DNA from: an uncultured SAR86 cluster bacterium | GTDB lineage: Bacteria > Pseudomonadota > Gammaproteobacteria > Magnimaribacterales > AG-339-G14 | Direction: 5' to 3' | Assembly (NCBI GenBank): GCA_902563105.1 | Contig: CACEVU010000002.1 | Location: 136,618-200,617, forward strand | DNA: 64,000 bases | Shown here: positions 47,525-59,828 of the stretch, piece after piece | Layout of the letters: each line of letters begins with the position of its first letter | Position numbering within the stretch: the first letter of the stretch is position 1 | Translations under genes and position numbers: made by a program | Notes under the pieces: model-generated | The model's input: only the letters and a program-made list of their open reading frames with translations | Database searches by the model: none | What the model was told of the DNA's origin: nothing

Positions 47525-48748
47525 ATGGGAAAAAAAAGAGCAGTTATAACTGGCATGGGTTCTATTTCTTGTATAGGAAATAATTTAAATGAAATTTCTA
47601 AATCTTTGAAGGAAGGAACCTCGGGTATTTTTTTTAACAAAGAATACGAAAACTTAGGATTTCGAAGTATGGTCTCTGGTTCAATTAATATCGATCTTAA
47701 AGAATTGATCGATAGAAAGCTTTTAAGATTTATGGGAGAAGCTGCATCGTATTCTTACCTTAGTGCTTTAGAGGCAATAAAGGATGCAAATTTACCTAAG
47801 AGTATTTTCGATACTGACAGAATAGGAGTTATTGCCGGTTCAGGAGGAGCATCTTCCAGGAGCCAAGTCGATGCAGCTGATATCATGCGAAACAAAGGAG
47901 TAAAAAGGATTGGTCCTTACAGAGTTACTCAAACAATGGGAAGCACTGTTTCGGCATGTTTATCCACGTCTTTAAAAATTAAAGGAGTAAACTTTTCAAT
48001 TTCTTCTGCCTGCTCTACCAGTGCCCATTGCATTGGCTCCGCATGGGAACAAATTCAACTTGGAAATCAAGATGTAGTAATTGCTGGTGGTGGAGAAGAT
48101 GAACATTGGACACAATCTGGACTATTTGATGCCATGGGCGCTTTATCAAGTAATTTCAATAGTGATCCATCAAAAGCATCTAGACCATTTGACGAAAATA
48201 GAGACGGCTTCGTAATTTCGGGTGGTGGCGGAATAGTTATTGTTGAAGAACTTGAACATGCATTAAAAAGAGATGCTGAGATTTATGCTGAAATTAAAGG
48301 TTACTCTGCTACTTCTGATGGGGACGATATGGTTTCGCCATCTGGAGAAGGTGCAAAAAATTGCATGCAGAAATCTTTTGAGATGAGCGAACTGGATTCT
48401 ATTGATTATCTAAATGCTCATGGGACTTCAACACCTGCTGGAGATCCAATTGAGATTAACGCCATCAAATCCGTTTTCAAAGAAAACCCTCCAATCATTA
48501 GTTCGACAAAATCATTAACAGGTCATACTTTAGGAGCAGCTGGCGTACAAGAATGTATTTACAGCATACTAATGATGAAAGGAAATTTTATCTCAGGTAA
48601 CAAGAATTTATCTTCGCCAATACCCGAGGCAAATGGGTTGAATATTCCAGAAACATCTATTGAGAGAGAATTTAATTCTTTTATGAGTAACAGTTTTGGT
48701 TTTGGAGGAACTAATACAAGTCTAGTTCTTTCAAAATATGAAAATTAA
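47525..48748 (+). CDS. fabB: Beta-ketoacyl-ACP synthase I
   Basis: KRAVITGMG, active-site [31 protein letters not shown]. Immediately downstream of fabA. Confidence 0.93.
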   Translation: MGKKRAVITGMGSISCIGNNLNEISKSLKEGTSGIFFNKEYENLGFRSMVSGSINIDLKELIDRKLLRFMGEAASYSYLSALEAIKDANLPKSIFDTDRIGVIAGSGGASSRSQVDAADIMRNKGVKRIGPYRVTQTMGSTVSACLSTSLKIKGVNFSISSACSTSAHCIGSAWEQIQLGNQDVVIAGGGEDEHWTQSGLFDAMGALSSNFNSDPSKASRPFDENRDGFVISGGGGIVIVEELEHALKRDAEIYAEIKGYSATSDGDDMVSPSGEGAKNCMQKSFEMSELDSIDYLNAHGTSTPAGDPIEINAIKSVFKENPPIISSTKSLTGHTLGAAGVQECIYSILMMKGNFISGNKNLSSPIPEANGLNIPETSIEREFNSFMSNSFGFGGTNTSLVLSKYEN

Positions 48749-49191
48749 AAAGGTATATCTTCGTCGTCCCAAGGAACACTTTCTTCTTGAGAGTTTTGAG
48801 GAGTTTGATCAACTCCAGAGTTTTCTTGATTCTGTAGATTCATTTCACCCCTTGAGCTAAGCATTTGCATTTCTCTAGCAACGACTTCAGTTCTAAATTT
48901 TTTTTCACCTGTATTTTTATCTTCCCAGCTATTTGTTCTTAACTGACCCTCAACATATATTTTTGAACCTTTTTTTAAATACTGTTCAACAATTTCTGCA
49001 AGACGATTAAAAAAGACTATCCTGTGCCATTCTGTTTGCTCAACAAGTTCTCCTGAATTTTTATCTTTCCAGCTGTTGGAAGTAGCAATAGATACATTTG
49101 CAATGGGAACGCCACCAGCCGTATAACGCACCTCAGGATCTTGGCCCAAATTTCCAAGTAATATAACCTTATTTATTCCACTTTGAGCCAT
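48745..49191 (-). CDS. ssb: Single-stranded DNA-binding protein
   Basis: [29 protein letters not shown]-terminal DDEDIPF tip. Divergent from uvrA. Confidence 0.96.
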   Translation of the reverse strand: MAQSGINKVILLGNLGQDPEVRYTAGGVPIANVSIATSNSWKDKNSGELVEQTEWHRIVFFNRLAEIVEQYLKKGSKIYVEGQLRTNSWEDKNTGEKKFRTEVVAREMQMLSSRGEMNLQNQENSGVDQTPQNSQEESVPWDDEDIPF

Positions 49192-49238
49192 AATTGATAT
49201 CTGTTAAGTTAGTCTAATCTAAAAAAAATATTAAATAA

Positions 49239-52040
49239 ATGAAATTTATCCAAGTAAAAGGTGCAAAACAACATAACTTAAAAAATATAGATTTAGATAT
49301 TCCTAGAGATAAATTAACAGTTATCACTGGCCTCTCAGGCTCAGGCAAGTCTTCATTAGCATTCGATACTTTATACGCTGAAGGACAACGTAGATATGTC
49401 GAGTCTCTTTCAGCATACGCAAGACAATTTCTGTCTGTTATGGATAAACCTGAGGTGGATACCATTGAAGGATTATCTCCTGCAATTTCTATTGAACAGA
49501 AATCTACTTCTCATAATCCAAGATCAACAGTTGGAACAGTCACAGAAATTTATGATTATCTAAGATTGCTTTTTGCCAGATCGGGGTCCGCAAAGTGTTT
49601 GGAGCATAATATTTCATTGGAAGGTCAAACAATTGACCAAATTGGGAAAAAAATACTAAAAAACTTTGATAAAAAAAGAGTATATATCTTAGCTCCTCTA
49701 GTGAAAGAACAAAAAGGAGAACATGTGAATCTTTTGAGCGATCTTCTTTTGAAGGGTTATGTAAGAGTAATTGTCGATGGATCAGTTTATGATTTAAATG
49801 ATCAGATAAGTCTCGATAAAAATAAGAAACATTCCATTTCAATAGTAATCGACAGGCTTTCTATAAACTCAAAAAATAATAGTCGTTTAATTCAATCTTT
49901 AGAGACTTGTATTACTGAATCAAATGGCCTTGTCGAGATTTTAGATATGGATGATGAAAAAAATTTAGAATCTTTTTCAACCAAAATGGCATGTCCTGTA
50001 TGTGGGTTTAGTATTCAAGAATTAGAGCCAAGATTATTTTCTTTTAATAGCCCTTCGGGTGCATGTCCTTCTTGTGATGGTTTGGGATACAAATCGAAAA
50101 TTGATTTATCAAAATTAATCCTTAGACCTGAGTTGAGTCTAAACCAGGGTGCAATAAAGGATTGGGATGCAAGTCATACTTACCATAACCGTTACCTGCT
50201 AAACAGAGTTAGTAGGACTTTTGATTTTTCTCTTGATACTCCTTTTGAAGATTTAAGCGAAAAAGAAAAAGAAATTATACTTTACGGAAATGAAGAGGAA
50301 GTAGACTTCAGCTATGTTTCAAAAAGAGGTTTTAAACGAGAAATCATCAAACCTTTTGAGGGAATAGTCAACAACATTGAAAGAAGACTCGGAGATACTG
50401 ATTCAAATTTTAGGAGGGAATATTATGCAAAATTTATGACTAATACTGTTTGCGAAGATTGTAATGGAACAAGACTAAACCTTGAAGCAAGGAGTGTTTT
50501 TATAAATAAATATTCACTTCCTGAAATCGTTAATATGACAATTGGTGATGCCTTGAGTTTTTTTAAGAAACTTTCTTTATCAGGGGTAAAAGGCGAAATA
50601 GCTGTAAAAATTATTAAGGAAATAAAGGAACGTTTGAATTTTCTATCTGATGTTGGGCTAAATTACCTTACTCTTTCAAGAAGTGCAGAAACTTTGAGTG
50701 GAGGAGAAGCACAAAGAATTAGATTGGCATCTCAAATTGGAGCTGGATTAGTTGGGGTAACTTACATTTTAGACGAGCCATCAATTGGATTACATCAAAG
50801 AGATAATAAAAAACTACTCTCTACCTTAAATAGATTAAAAGAACTTGGTAACACCGTGATAGTTGTTGAGCATGATCAAGAAACTATAGAAGAAGCCGAT
50901 CATATAATTGATATTGGCCCCAAAGCAGGTATTCATGGAGGAGAAGTTTGTTTTTCTGGAAATATCAGTGAGTTAAAAAAAGCTAAAAACTCTCTTACAT
51001 CGCAGTATCTTTTTGGAAAAAAGAAAATACAAATCGATAAGAAGAAAAAAATTAATGATAAGGGCAAAGTTAAAATATTTGGTTGCACAGGAAATAATCT
51101 TAAAAATGTGGATTTAGAAATTCCTTTGGGCAACATAATTGCTATTACTGGGGTATCTGGTTCAGGCAAATCAACTTTAATAAATCAAACCCTTTATCCT
51201 GCCTTAACTAACAGTATAAGTAAAAGCTCTTTGAAGACGGAATCTTTTAAAAAGATTCTGGGAACTGAGAACGTAGATAAGGTAATTGAAATAAGTCAGA
51301 GCCCAATTGGAAGAACTCCCCGTTCGAATCCTGTTACCTATACAGGAATTTTTACTCCAATCAGGGAGCTCTTTGCTGGTACTCAAGATGCAAGAGCAAA
51401 AGGTTACAAACCAGGAAGATTTAGTTTTAATGTAAAAGGTGGAAGATGTGAAGCCTGTGAGGGAGATGGAATGATTAAAGTGGAAATGCATTTTCTGCCT
51501 GATGTTTATGTCAAGTGTGACGTTTGCAATGGAAAAAGATATAACAATGAAACTTTAACAATAAAATATAAAGGAAAAAATATTTCGGAAGTTTTAGAAA
51601 TGACTGTCGAACAAGCTACGATTTTCTTTGAAGCCGTCCCAAAAATAAAAAAGAAACTTGATACTCTTAATCAAGTAGGACTTGGTTATTTGAAATTGGG
51701 TCAGCCTGCTACTACATTATCGGGCGGTGAAGCTCAAAGAGTAAAATTAGCTAAAGAACTTTCAAAGAACTCTACTGGTAAAACTCTTTATCTACTTGAT
51801 GAGCCAACAACAGGTTTGCATTTTCATGATGTTCAATTATTAATGGATGTGTTACAAAAACTTAATTCTCAAGGGAATACTATTGTAGTTATAGAGCATA
51901 ATTTAGACGTGATAAAAAATTCTGACTGGATTATAGACATTGGTCCTGAAGGCGGGCATGGAGGAGGAGAAATAGTAGCCGAAGGAACAGTAAGTCAAAT
52001 TGCTAAATGCAAAAAATCTTATACAGGGAAATTTCTTTAA
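49239..52040 (+). CDS. uvrA: Excinuclease ABC subunit A
   Basis: Two ABC modules ([14 protein letters not shown]; [10 protein letters not shown]), LSGGEAQR twice, zinc modules CPVCGF...CPSCDG and CEACEGDG...CDVCNG. 933 aa. Confidence 0.97.
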   Translation: MKFIQVKGAKQHNLKNIDLDIPRDKLTVITGLSGSGKSSLAFDTLYAEGQRRYVESLSAYARQFLSVMDKPEVDTIEGLSPAISIEQKSTSHNPRSTVGTVTEIYDYLRLLFARSGSAKCLEHNISLEGQTIDQIGKKILKNFDKKRVYILAPLVKEQKGEHVNLLSDLLLKGYVRVIVDGSVYDLNDQISLDKNKKHSISIVIDRLSINSKNNSRLIQSLETCITESNGLVEILDMDDEKNLESFSTKMACPVCGFSIQELEPRLFSFNSPSGACPSCDGLGYKSKIDLSKLILRPELSLNQGAIKDWDASHTYHNRYLLNRVSRTFDFSLDTPFEDLSEKEKEIILYGNEEEVDFSYVSKRGFKREIIKPFEGIVNNIERRLGDTDSNFRREYYAKFMTNTVCEDCNGTRLNLEARSVFINKYSLPEIVNMTIGDALSFFKKLSLSGVKGEIAVKIIKEIKERLNFLSDVGLNYLTLSRSAETLSGGEAQRIRLASQIGAGLVGVTYILDEPSIGLHQRDNKKLLSTLNRLKELGNTVIVVEHDQETIEEADHIIDIGPKAGIHGGEVCFSGNISELKKAKNSLTSQYLFGKKKIQIDKKKKINDKGKVKIFGCTGNNLKNVDLEIPLGNIIAITGVSGSGKSTLINQTLYPALTNSISKSSLKTESFKKILGTENVDKVIEISQSPIGRTPRSNPVTYTGIFTPIRELFAGTQDARAKGYKPGRFSFNVKGGRCEACEGDGMIKVEMHFLPDVYVKCDVCNGKRYNNETLTIKYKGKNISEVLEMTVEQATIFFEAVPKIKKKLDTLNQVGLGYLKLGQPATTLSGGEAQRVKLAKELSKNSTGKTLYLLDEPTTGLHFHDVQLLMDVLQKLNSQGNTIVVIEHNLDVIKNSDWIIDIGPEGGHGGGEIVAEGTVSQIAKCKKSYTGKFL

Positions 52041-52447
52041 CTTTTTTTCTCTGACTTGTTTGATACTTTTTTAATATCTTCAGTCTCTATAGATCTATCA
52101 ACAAACTCAATAAACGCAATAGGAGCGGCGTCTCCTTTTCTAAAACCAGTCTTAATGATTCTAGAATAGCCACCCGGTCTATCTTTAAATCTAGGACCTA
52201 AATCAGAAAAAAGTTTTCCTACTGAAGATTTATTTCTTATTTGAGCAAAGGCCAATCTTCTATTAGCTGTTGAGTCATCTTTTGCTAAAGTGATTAAAGG
52301 CTCTATAAACGTCCTCAATTCCTTAGCCTTAGGCAAAGTAGTTTTAATCCCCTCGTGCTCTATTAAAGAAATAGCTAAAGATTGAAATAATGCTTTTCTA
52401 TTTGAACTTTTTCTTCCAAAGGTTCTACCCTTTTTTAAATTACTCAT
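52037..52447 (-). CDS. rplQ: 50S ribosomal protein L17
   Basis: [33 protein letters not shown]. Last gene after rpoA. Confidence 0.96.
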   Translation of the reverse strand: MSNLKKGRTFGRKSSNRKALFQSLAISLIEHEGIKTTLPKAKELRTFIEPLITLAKDDSTANRRLAFAQIRNKSSVGKLFSDLGPRFKDRPGGYSRIIKTGFRKGDAAPIAFIEFVDRSIETEDIKKVSNKSEKKS

Positions 52448-53439
52448 TAACTTTCTATGTTTGATGGAGGCCAGTTATCTAGCTCTAATCCTAATGACAA
52501 TCCTCTTGCAGCTAAAACATCTTTAATTTCGTTCAAGGATTTTCTCCCGAGGTTCGGAGTTTTGAGCAAGTCAGATTCTTTTCTCGTAACAAGATCTCCT
52601 ATGTAATAAATTTTTTCTACTTTCAAGCAATTAGCTGATCTAACAGTTAGCTCAAGCTCATCAACAGGACGAAGCATAATTGGATCAACTGGAGGAATCT
52701 CTTCTTCTTCCTCTTCTTCCGTTTCGAAACCCAATTCTGCGAACGCTATTAATTGTCTTTGCAAAATAGTTGCTGCTAACCTTAATATTTCTTCTGGATC
52801 TATAGTTCCATTGGTATGAACATCTAAAGTAAGTTTATCCAAATCCGTTCTATTTTCTACTCTAGTATTTTCAACTTGATAGGCAACTTTTTCAATCGGA
52901 GAAAAAGACGCATCAAGCCTCAGGAGTCCAACCTCTTTGCTCTCTCCCTCTTCTGTAGCAGAAATAATTACTGGATCGTATCCTCTTCCTTTCTGAACTT
53001 TTATGGTCATCTTGATATTTCCATTGTCTGCTAAAGTTGCAATTTGATGATCTGAATTGATGATTTCAACCCCAGCTGGAAGCTCAAAATCTCCAGCAGT
53101 TAATTTTCCTGTTCCTGATTTTTCGACTGATAACTCTGCTTCCTCAACATCCATCATTCTTACTGCAATTCCTTTTAGATTTAAGAGAATATTTATAACA
53201 TCTTCGGCAACGCCGTCAATTGTAGAGAACTCATGTAAAACTCCATCAATTTTAGCTTCCACAACGCAGGAACCCGGAATAGAAGACAAAATAATTCTTC
53301 TTAAGGCATTTCCTAAAGTATGGCCAAATCCTCTTTCGAGAGGTTCTAAAATAATTTTGGAATGATTAGGGTTCACTTCCTCTACAATGATTTCTTTTGG
53401 TGTAAGAAAATCCTTAATGATATCGAAATTGTCTGTCAT
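52447..53439 (-). CDS. rpoA: DNA-directed RNA polymerase alpha subunit
   Basis: [18 protein letters not shown], and [21 protein letters not shown]...[16 protein letters not shown]. Confidence 0.97.
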   Translation of the reverse strand: MTDNFDIIKDFLTPKEIIVEEVNPNHSKIILEPLERGFGHTLGNALRRIILSSIPGSCVVEAKIDGVLHEFSTIDGVAEDVINILLNLKGIAVRMMDVEEAELSVEKSGTGKLTAGDFELPAGVEIINSDHQIATLADNGNIKMTIKVQKGRGYDPVIISATEEGESKEVGLLRLDASFSPIEKVAYQVENTRVENRTDLDKLTLDVHTNGTIDPEEILRLAATILQRQLIAFAELGFETEEEEEEEIPPVDPIMLRPVDELELTVRSANCLKVEKIYYIGDLVTRKESDLLKTPNLGRKSLNEIKDVLAARGLSLGLELDNWPPSNIES

Positions 53440-53460
53440 AAAATCCTCTATTTAAATTTT

Positions 53461-54081
53461 TTACCTCGAATACAACTCAACAATGTAGTTTTCATTTATT
53501 TCGCTACTTAGTAAGTCTCTCGATGGTAAATTCTTAAAAGTTCCGGTAAAACTTTCTTTATCTACCGAAACCCATTCGCAAGCTTCTCTTTGATCGCTTA
53601 GAGATAAAGCTTGTGTAATTCTTTTTTGTGATTGAGATTTTTCTGAAATAGAAATTTCATCACCTTCTGAAATCTGATAAGACGGAATATTTACTTTTTT
53701 GCCGTTTACAAGGACAGATTTATGGTTAACAATTTGTCTAGCTTCTGCTCTCGTAGAGGCAAAACCTAATCTAAAAACAACGTTGTCTAATCTAGATTCA
53801 AGAAATAATAGAAGATTGGTACCTGTTTCTCCTTTTTGGCGAGCAGCTCTTTTATAATAGTTTCTGAACTGCTTTTCTAAAACGCCATACATTCTTTTAA
53901 CTTTTTGTTTCTCTCTCAATTGCATACCGTAATCAGAAAGTCTTCCTCTTCTTAATCCATGAGCACCTGGAGGATTTTCTGATCTTGCTTTTGATTCGTA
54001 TGATCTATATCCACTTTTAAGTTGAAGATCAGTTCCTTCTCTTCTTGAAAGTTTAATTTTTGGTCCTCTATATCTAGCCAT
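53461..54081 (-). CDS. rpsD: 30S ribosomal protein S4
   Basis: [31 protein letters not shown], 206 aa. Confidence 0.97.
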   Translation of the reverse strand: MARYRGPKIKLSRREGTDLQLKSGYRSYESKARSENPPGAHGLRRGRLSDYGMQLREKQKVKRMYGVLEKQFRNYYKRAARQKGETGTNLLLFLESRLDNVVFRLGFASTRAEARQIVNHKSVLVNGKKVNIPSYQISEGDEISISEKSQSQKRITQALSLSDQREACEWVSVDKESFTGTFKNLPSRDLLSSEINENYIVELYSR

Positions 54082-54083
54082 GA

Positions 54084-54473
54084 TTAAACTCTTCTCTTCT
54101 TAGGTGGTCTGCAACCATTATGCGGAATTGGAGTAACATCAGAAATTTTTGTAATCTTTAACCCACATCCATTTAAAGCTCTCACTGCAGACTCTCTACC
54201 TGAACCTGGGCCTGAAACCTCCACTTCTATTTCACTTAAGCCTTGATTCATTGCTTGTTCACCTGCCTTACTCGCTGCTATTTGTGCTGCAAAAGGAGTG
54301 CTTTTTCTTGACCCTTTAAATCCATTTGCTCCGGCACTTGACCACGAAATTGTATTACCTTTTTTGTCAGTTATATTGATAATAGTGTTATTGAAAGTAG
54401 CAAGTATGTGAGCAACTCCTTCGCTTGCAACGGATCTAACTGTCTTTGTCTTCTTACTTTTTTCTTTAGCCAT
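54084..54473 (-). CDS. rpsK: 30S ribosomal protein S11
   Basis: [31 protein letters not shown]. Confidence 0.97.
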   Translation of the reverse strand: MAKEKSKKTKTVRSVASEGVAHILATFNNTIINITDKKGNTISWSSAGANGFKGSRKSTPFAAQIAASKAGEQAMNQGLSEIEVEVSGPGSGRESAVRALNGCGLKITKISDVTPIPHNGCRPPKKRRV

Positions 54474-54475
54474 AA

Positions 54476-54832
54476 TTATCTTCTAATAGGTTTTCTAGGA
54501 CCTTTACGCGTCCTAGCATTAGTTTTTGTTCTCTGCCCTCTCACCGGAAGTCTTTTTCTATGCCTTATACCTCTGAGAGTTCCTAAATCCATTAATCTTT
54601 TAATATTGGTACTCACTTCCCTTCTTAAATCTCCTTCTACCAAAAAGTTGCCTACTTCTTTTCTGAGTTTCTCTAATTCCTGCTCACTCAAGGCAGAAAT
54701 TTTTGTATCAAATTTAATTCCGGTAGTTTCACAAATTTTTAATGCAGTGGTTCTTCCAACTCCATAAATATGGGTTAATGATATCCAAGCTTGTTTTTTA
54801 TCAGGTATGTTTACTCCAGCTACCCTTGCCAT
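54476..54832 (-). CDS. rpsM: 30S ribosomal protein S13
   Basis: [35 protein letters not shown]. Confidence 0.97.
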   Translation of the reverse strand: MARVAGVNIPDKKQAWISLTHIYGVGRTTALKICETTGIKFDTKISALSEQELEKLRKEVGNFLVEGDLRREVSTNIKRLMDLGTLRGIRHRKRLPVRGQRTKTNARTRKGPRKPIRR

Positions 54833-54948
54833 TACCCTTGCCTCTGTTTGTGTTTAGGATCAACGCTACAAATTACGTAAACCGTACCTCTTCTCTTAAC
54901 GATTTTGCAGCCTCTGCAAATTTGCTTAACTGATGCTCTGACTTTCAT
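54832..54948 (-). CDS. rpmJ: 50S ribosomal protein L36 (zinc-ribbon form)
   Basis: Not in the ORF track (38 aa). Hand translation gives [38 protein letters not shown] with CxxC...C...H. The start lies 2 nt after the secY stop, and the stop overlaps the rpsM ATG (TAATG). Confidence 0.93.
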   Translation of the reverse strand: MKVRASVKQICRGCKIVKRRGTVYVICSVDPKHKQRQG

Positions 54949-54950
54949 AA

Positions 54951-56255
54951 TTACCTTTTAAAACCTTTTAAGTTAGCTTTTTTCATTAAAGACTGATATT
55001 GACTAGACAAAAGGTGTGATTGTACCTGAGCCATGAAGTCCATTACCACTACAACAGCGATTAAAAGCGATGTTCCCCCCAAGTAGAAAGGAACATTTGC
55101 TGAAACAATCAAAAACTGTGGCAGCAAACAGATCATAATCATGTATATAGAGCCCCAGACAGTCAGTCTTGACATGACATTATCGATATATTCTTCTGTA
55201 TGTCCACCCGGTCTTATACCAGGAAGAAAGCCTCCTGATCTTTTTAAGTTATCTGATATATCTTTTGCAGGAAATTGAATAGCGGTATAGAAAAAACAAA
55301 AGTAAGCAATAAGTATCGAAAAAACAACTACATATAATGGTTGTCCAGGACTTAGGGCTAAAGAAACCTCTTGGAGCCACTCCATACCCTCACTTTGACC
55401 AAACCATGAGCTAATAGAAGCCGGAAAAAGTACAATACTACTTGCAAAAATAGCTGGAATAACTCCAGACATATTTACTTTAAGAGGAACGTGAGATGCT
55501 TGGCCCATAGCCATCTGATTTGGATTTCTTCTGGCATAATTAACTGTAACTCTCCTTTGAGCTCTTTCAACCCAAACTATAAATGAGATTGCTAAAATTG
55601 CCATAAAAGCTACGGTCAAAAGAAGAATGAGACTTATTTCTCCTTGTCTTGCACCTTCAAAGGATTGCCCAATTGCGCTTGGCAAACCTGAAACTATACT
55701 GGCAAAAATGATAAGAGAAATTCCATTGCCGATACCTCTTTCATTTACTTGTTCCCCCAGCCAAACCAAAAACATAGTACCTGTGACGAATGAAACAACT
55801 GCAGTAAAAATAAACATAGTACCTGGATCAATCGCCATGCCCTGTGATGAAAGAGCAATTGCAAAACCCATAGATTGAAAAATAGCTAAAAGTAAAGTTC
55901 CTAGTCGAACATAATGAGTCCTTTTTCTTCTTCCTTGCTCTCCTTCTTGTCTGAACATTTTTTTAAGACTAGGTGTTGTAGCTTCTAAAAGATTCATAAC
56001 AATTGCAGCCGTTATGTATGGAACAACGTTAAGTGCCATGATACTCATTCGTTCTAAGGCACCACCCGAAAACATATTGAATAATCCAAGTAAAGTTCCT
56101 TGATTCTGATCAAACAAAGAAGAAATTTTTACAGGATCTATTCCTGGAATAGGAATATGCGTGCCTATTCTATAAATTATCAATGCAAGAAGAACAAATC
56201 TTAATCTTGACCAAAGTTCAGAAAGGCCAGATGATCTTGTGTTAACACTAGCCAT
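54951..56255 (-). CDS. secY: Preprotein translocase subunit SecY
   Basis: 10 [36 protein letters not shown]. 434 aa. Confidence 0.97.
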   Translation of the reverse strand: MASVNTRSSGLSELWSRLRFVLLALIIYRIGTHIPIPGIDPVKISSLFDQNQGTLLGLFNMFSGGALERMSIMALNVVPYITAAIVMNLLEATTPSLKKMFRQEGEQGRRKRTHYVRLGTLLLAIFQSMGFAIALSSQGMAIDPGTMFIFTAVVSFVTGTMFLVWLGEQVNERGIGNGISLIIFASIVSGLPSAIGQSFEGARQGEISLILLLTVAFMAILAISFIVWVERAQRRVTVNYARRNPNQMAMGQASHVPLKVNMSGVIPAIFASSIVLFPASISSWFGQSEGMEWLQEVSLALSPGQPLYVVVFSILIAYFCFFYTAIQFPAKDISDNLKRSGGFLPGIRPGGHTEEYIDNVMSRLTVWGSIYMIMICLLPQFLIVSANVPFYLGGTSLLIAVVVVMDFMAQVQSHLLSSQYQSLMKKANLKGFKR

Positions 56256-56683
56256 TAAATTATTTCTCCTCCAGATTTGATTAATTCGTCAGAAGCAGAC
56301 TTTGAAATTTTCAGACCTTTAAGTTTTACAGCTTTTTTCAACTCTCCAGAATTAATTACCTTAACTTCTTTTGTAATTTTAGAAATTAACTTATTAAGCT
56401 TTAAAACGTCTATATCTATAATATCTTCCTTCAGATTATTTAAGTCACTCAATTTAATATGTGTTTTGTATCTTGATGATTTTGAAACAAAACCAAATTT
56501 AGGTAATCTTTGTTGAATTGGCATTTGCCCGCCTTCAAAACCTGGACGAACCTTTCCTCCAGATCTTGCTTTTTGTCCCTTGTGTCCTTTTCCTGAAGTT
56601 TTACCTAAACCAGATCCAGCACCTCTGCCAACCCTTTTTGTAGGTTTATTTTTTTGATTAGGATTGAGTTCGTTTAATTTCAT
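56255..56683 (-). CDS. rplO: 50S ribosomal protein L15
   Basis: KRVGRGAGSGLGKTSGKGHKGQKARSG. Confidence 0.96.
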   Translation of the reverse strand: MKLNELNPNQKNKPTKRVGRGAGSGLGKTSGKGHKGQKARSGGKVRPGFEGGQMPIQQRLPKFGFVSKSSRYKTHIKLSDLNNLKEDIIDIDVLKLNKLISKITKEVKVINSGELKKAVKLKGLKISKSASDELIKSGGEII

Positions 56684-56874
56684 TATGCTTCATTAACCTC
56701 TACGAGATGCCTGCATTTATTAATCATTCCAAGATTTTCTTTAGTGTTTTTAATTTTCACTTCGTGATTTATTTTTTTTAAGCCTAATCCTTTCAAAGAC
56801 AGTCTCTGGTTTCGCTTTGAACCAACTAAGCTTTTAATTTGTTTAACAGTTATAAATTTTTCTTCAGTCATCAT
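56683..56874 (-). CDS. rpmD: 50S ribosomal protein L30
   Basis: 63 aa, ITVKQIKSLVGSKRNQRLSLKGLGL, between rpsE and rplO. Confidence 0.93.
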   Translation of the reverse strand: MMTEEKFITVKQIKSLVGSKRNQRLSLKGLGLKKINHEVKIKNTKENLGMINKCRHLVEVNEA

Positions 56875-57356
56875 TACTTAGATCGTCTTAATGCAACTTT
56901 TTCTGGTGACTCAATTTCTGATAATCCTTTAAAAGTTGCTCTGACAACATTAATTTGGTTTGTTGAGCCATATGATTTTGCAAGTACATCTTTTACCCCG
57001 GCCAGTTCTAACACTGCCCTCATCGCTCCTCCAGCAATAATTCCTGTTCCCGGGGAAGCTGGTTGCATGTATACGGTTGCAGATCCATGTTTTGCTTTAA
57101 CAGCATAATGTATAGTTGATCCGTTAAGATCTACCTTTACCATATTCCTTCTTGCACTCTCTAGCGCTTTTTGGATTGCAATAGGCACCTCTCTAGCTTT
57201 ACCTCTTCCAAAACCAACCTTTCCTTTTCCGTCTCCTACGACTGTTAAGGCAGTAAATCCAAAAAGTCTTCCACCCTTAACAACTTTTGCGACTCTATTT
57301 ACGCCAACAAGTTTTTCTTCTAAAACTTCTGCATTTTGTTCAAAATTTTCTTCCAT
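56874..57356 (-). CDS. rpsE: 30S ribosomal protein S5
   Basis: [40 protein letters not shown]. Confidence 0.97.
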   Translation of the reverse strand: MEENFEQNAEVLEEKLVGVNRVAKVVKGGRLFGFTALTVVGDGKGKVGFGRGKAREVPIAIQKALESARRNMVKVDLNGSTIHYAVKAKHGSATVYMQPASPGTGIIAGGAMRAVLELAGVKDVLAKSYGSTNQINVVRATFKGLSEIESPEKVALRRSK

Positions 57357-57364
57357 ATTTTTAC

Positions 57365-57712
57365 CTAAAACTCTAATCCTTGAGATCTTGCTCCATCGGC
57401 AAGTGATTTTACTCTTCCATGGTATTTGTAACCTGACCTATCAAAAGTGACTTTCTTTATTCCTTGCTCTATGGCTCTTTTAGCAACCAACTCACCAACT
57501 TTTTGCGCTGCTTCAATGTTCCCACCATTAGGTGTTATTAATTCTTTATCTAACGACGAAGCTTGAGCAAGAATTTGACTGCCGTCGACTGAATAGACTT
57601 GTGCATAAATATTTTTTGAAGATCTAAAAACAGCGAGCCTATTAACATTTAGCCCTTTAGATAAGCTTCTTAATTTTTTTGATCTTCTATTTCTTGCGTC
57701 AATCTTTTTCAT
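57365..57712 (-). CDS. rplR: 50S ribosomal protein L18
   Basis: [35 protein letters not shown]. Confidence 0.96.
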   Translation of the reverse strand: MKKIDARNRRSKKLRSLSKGLNVNRLAVFRSSKNIYAQVYSVDGSQILAQASSLDKELITPNGGNIEAAQKVGELVAKRAIEQGIKKVTFDRSGYKYHGRVKSLADGARSQGLEF

Positions 57713-57713
57713 T

Positions 57714-58253
57714 TTATGCAGTTTTTTTAGATTCTTTTCTTTTTATGAGTTCTTCAGAGTACTTCACTCCTTTGCCTTTGTATGGTTCAGGAGGTCTAAA
57801 TGCTCTTATTTCAGATGCAGTATCGCCAAGCAATTGCTTGTTAGTAGAAGATAAAACTAGTTCAGTATTTGTAGGAGCATCGGCAGTAATACCTTCTGGA
57901 AGTGAATAATTTATTGGATGAGAATAACCAAGAGATAACTCAAGATTTGACCCAGCAACTTTTACTCTATAACCCACTCCATTGATTTCGAGTTTCTTTT
58001 CGTACCCCTTTGTAACACCTTCAATCATATTTAAAGCAAGAGATCTCATTGTGCTTGTCATTGAAACTGATGTTTTATCTTTAAGATTTTTTGGGTTGAA
58101 AAGAATAGAATCTTCCTCAATAGATGTATTAACTGAATTATGGATATTCATAGTAAGTTCTCCCTTTGCCCCAGAGATAGTTAAAATATTTTCAGCCAAT
58201 GTTGCCTTTGCACCATTAGTGAGGAGTATTTTTCTATTTACGTTTCTTGCCAT
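57714..58253 (-). CDS. rplF: 50S ribosomal protein L6
   Basis: Collinear with E. coli L6: [27 protein letters not shown]. The start is taken at MARNVNRK, 3 nt after the rpsH stop. Confidence 0.96.
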   Translation of the reverse strand: MARNVNRKILLTNGAKATLAENILTISGAKGELTMNIHNSVNTSIEEDSILFNPKNLKDKTSVSMTSTMRSLALNMIEGVTKGYEKKLEINGVGYRVKVAGSNLELSLGYSHPINYSLPEGITADAPTNTELVLSSTNKQLLGDTASEIRAFRPPEPYKGKGVKYSEELIKRKESKKTA

Positions 58254-58255
58254 TT

Positions 58256-58651
58256 CTAAAACACCGTGCAAATAAGTTCTCCACCTACTTTTTCTTTTTT
58301 TGCTTTATCGCTAGTAATTATTCCAATACTAGTAGTCATGATTGCTGTACCTAGGCCTCCTTTTACAGATGGTATTTGGTCGGAAGAAAAATATTTCCTC
58401 AGCCCAGGTTTGCTTGCCCTGTCAAATTCTTTTATCACTGGCAGGTCTTCAAAATATTTTAGAGTAAGCTTTATATCCTGCTTTGGTTTATCTCCCATAA
58501 TTTCAGCCTTTTTAATAAAGCCTTCGGATTCAAGAACCTTACATATACCAAATTTAATTTTTGAAGCACTAAAGATGACCTCTTTATGCCCTCTTGATTG
58601 AGCATTTTTAACTCTTGAAATCATGTCTGAAATTGGATCTTGCATACTCAT
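58256..58651 (-). CDS. rpsH: 30S ribosomal protein S8
   Basis: MSMQDPISDMISRVKNA matches E. coli MSMQDPIADMLTRIRNG. ATG 58651 is preferred over the TTG at 58663. Confidence 0.96.
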   Translation of the reverse strand: MSMQDPISDMISRVKNAQSRGHKEVIFSASKIKFGICKVLESEGFIKKAEIMGDKPKQDIKLTLKYFEDLPVIKEFDRASKPGLRKYFSSDQIPSVKGGLGTAIMTTSIGIITSDKAKKEKVGGELICTVF

Positions 58652-58656
58652 AATTT

Positions 58657-58962
58657 TTACCAACTAGATTTTACGAGTCCAGGAACATCTCCTTTCATAG
58701 CTAACTCTCTTAATTTGTTTCTTGAGAGACCAAATTTTCTATAAACAGCATGGGGCCTACCTGTTATTTGACATCTTCTTTGTAATCGAATTGGGTTAGC
58801 GTCTCTTGGAAGTTTTTGTAGCTTTTCTCTTGCTAAAAACTTTTCTTCATCGGTTGCTTTAGAGTCAGAAAGTATTTTTTTCAGCTCTTGCCTTTTGGTA
58901 GCAAAACGCTCGACAATTTTCTGTCTTTTTATTTCTCTTGCAATCATAGATTTTTTTGCCAT
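58657..58962 (-). CDS. rpsN: 30S ribosomal protein S14 (long, non-zinc form)
   Basis: [32 protein letters not shown], ends KSSW. 101 aa. Confidence 0.96.
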   Translation of the reverse strand: MAKKSMIAREIKRQKIVERFATKRQELKKILSDSKATDEEKFLAREKLQKLPRDANPIRLQRRCQITGRPHAVYRKFGLSRNKLRELAMKGDVPGLVKSSW

Positions 58963-58969
58963 TTTTACC

Positions 58970-59518
58970 TCAACTTACAAATGGAAAATTTAATTCTTTT
59001 AATAAGGATAGTCCTTCGTCATCGTTTCTAGCTGACGTAGTAATGCTTATGTCCATACCGCGGATTTTTTGTACTTTGTCATAATCTATTTCTGGAAAGA
59101 TAATATGTTCTTTAATGCCCAAGGTATAATTACCTTGACCATCAAATGATTTAGGATTTAGACCTCTAAAATCTCTTTCTCTTGGAATAGCTATGTTTAA
59201 AAGTCTATCTAAAAACTCAAACATTCTTTCTCCTCTCAAAGTGACTTTGCACCCAATAGGATAACCGTCTCTGATTTTAAAGCTCGCGACAGATTTTCTG
59301 ACAAGAGTTTTCACAGGCTGTTGACCAGAAATTAATCGTAGATCTTCGATTGCTGTTTCTATAACTTTTCTATCATTGACCGCATCTGGACCCAAACCCA
59401 TATTTAAAGTTACTTTGGTAATTCTTGGAATTGCCATATTGGACTTATAGCCGAGAGATTCCTTTAGGTTAGGAATAGCCTTCTCAAGATATGTTTTTTT
59501 AAGAATGGATGTTGTCAT
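58970..59518 (-). CDS. rplE: 50S ribosomal protein L5
   Basis: [36 protein letters not shown]. Confidence 0.96.
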   Translation of the reverse strand: MTTSILKKTYLEKAIPNLKESLGYKSNMAIPRITKVTLNMGLGPDAVNDRKVIETAIEDLRLISGQQPVKTLVRKSVASFKIRDGYPIGCKVTLRGERMFEFLDRLLNIAIPRERDFRGLNPKSFDGQGNYTLGIKEHIIFPEIDYDKVQKIRGMDISITTSARNDDEGLSLLKELNFPFVS

Positions 59519-59826
59519 TTGATTTCTTTCCCGTCAGATTTAAATACTCTTATTTTTAGGTCTTTCTTTGTTTCAATTTTAATTTTGTCTGCTTTTTTTG
59601 ATTTCTTGTTATAAATTGCTAAATTAGAGATATCTACTGGAGATTCTTTTTCAAGAATTCCACCTTGAATATTCAGTTGAGGATTTGGTTTTTGGTGTTT
59701 CTTGACAATCTTTACTCCTGAAACAATGCATTTTGTATCCGATAAAAATTTAGAAAGTGTTCCTGTTTTCCCAGAATCCTTGCCTGATATCACAATAACC
59801 TCATCACCCGTTCTAAGCTTTTTCAT
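59515..59826 (-). CDS. rplX: 50S ribosomal protein L24
   Basis: [20 protein letters not shown] (KOW motif), 103 aa. Confidence 0.95.
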   Translation of the reverse strand: MKKLRTGDEVIVISGKDSGKTGTLSKFLSDTKCIVSGVKIVKKHQKPNPQLNIQGGILEKESPVDISNLAIYNKKSKKADKIKIETKKDLKIRVFKSDGKEIK

Positions 59827-59828
59827 CT

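Noticed and set aside
49192-49238. Possible LexA (SOS) box in the ssb-uvrA divergent spacer, where E. coli has one: CTGTTAAGTTAGTCTA.
   Set aside because: Only the CTGT half-site is present. The distal half reads TCTA rather than ACAG, so this is not a credible CTGT-N8-ACAG operator.
49214-49465. 83-aa minus-strand ORF overlapping the uvrA 5' end and the ssb-uvrA spacer.
   Set aside because: It is antisense to the highly conserved UvrA Walker A region, has no motif of its own, and leaves no room for the ssb promoter. It is spurious.
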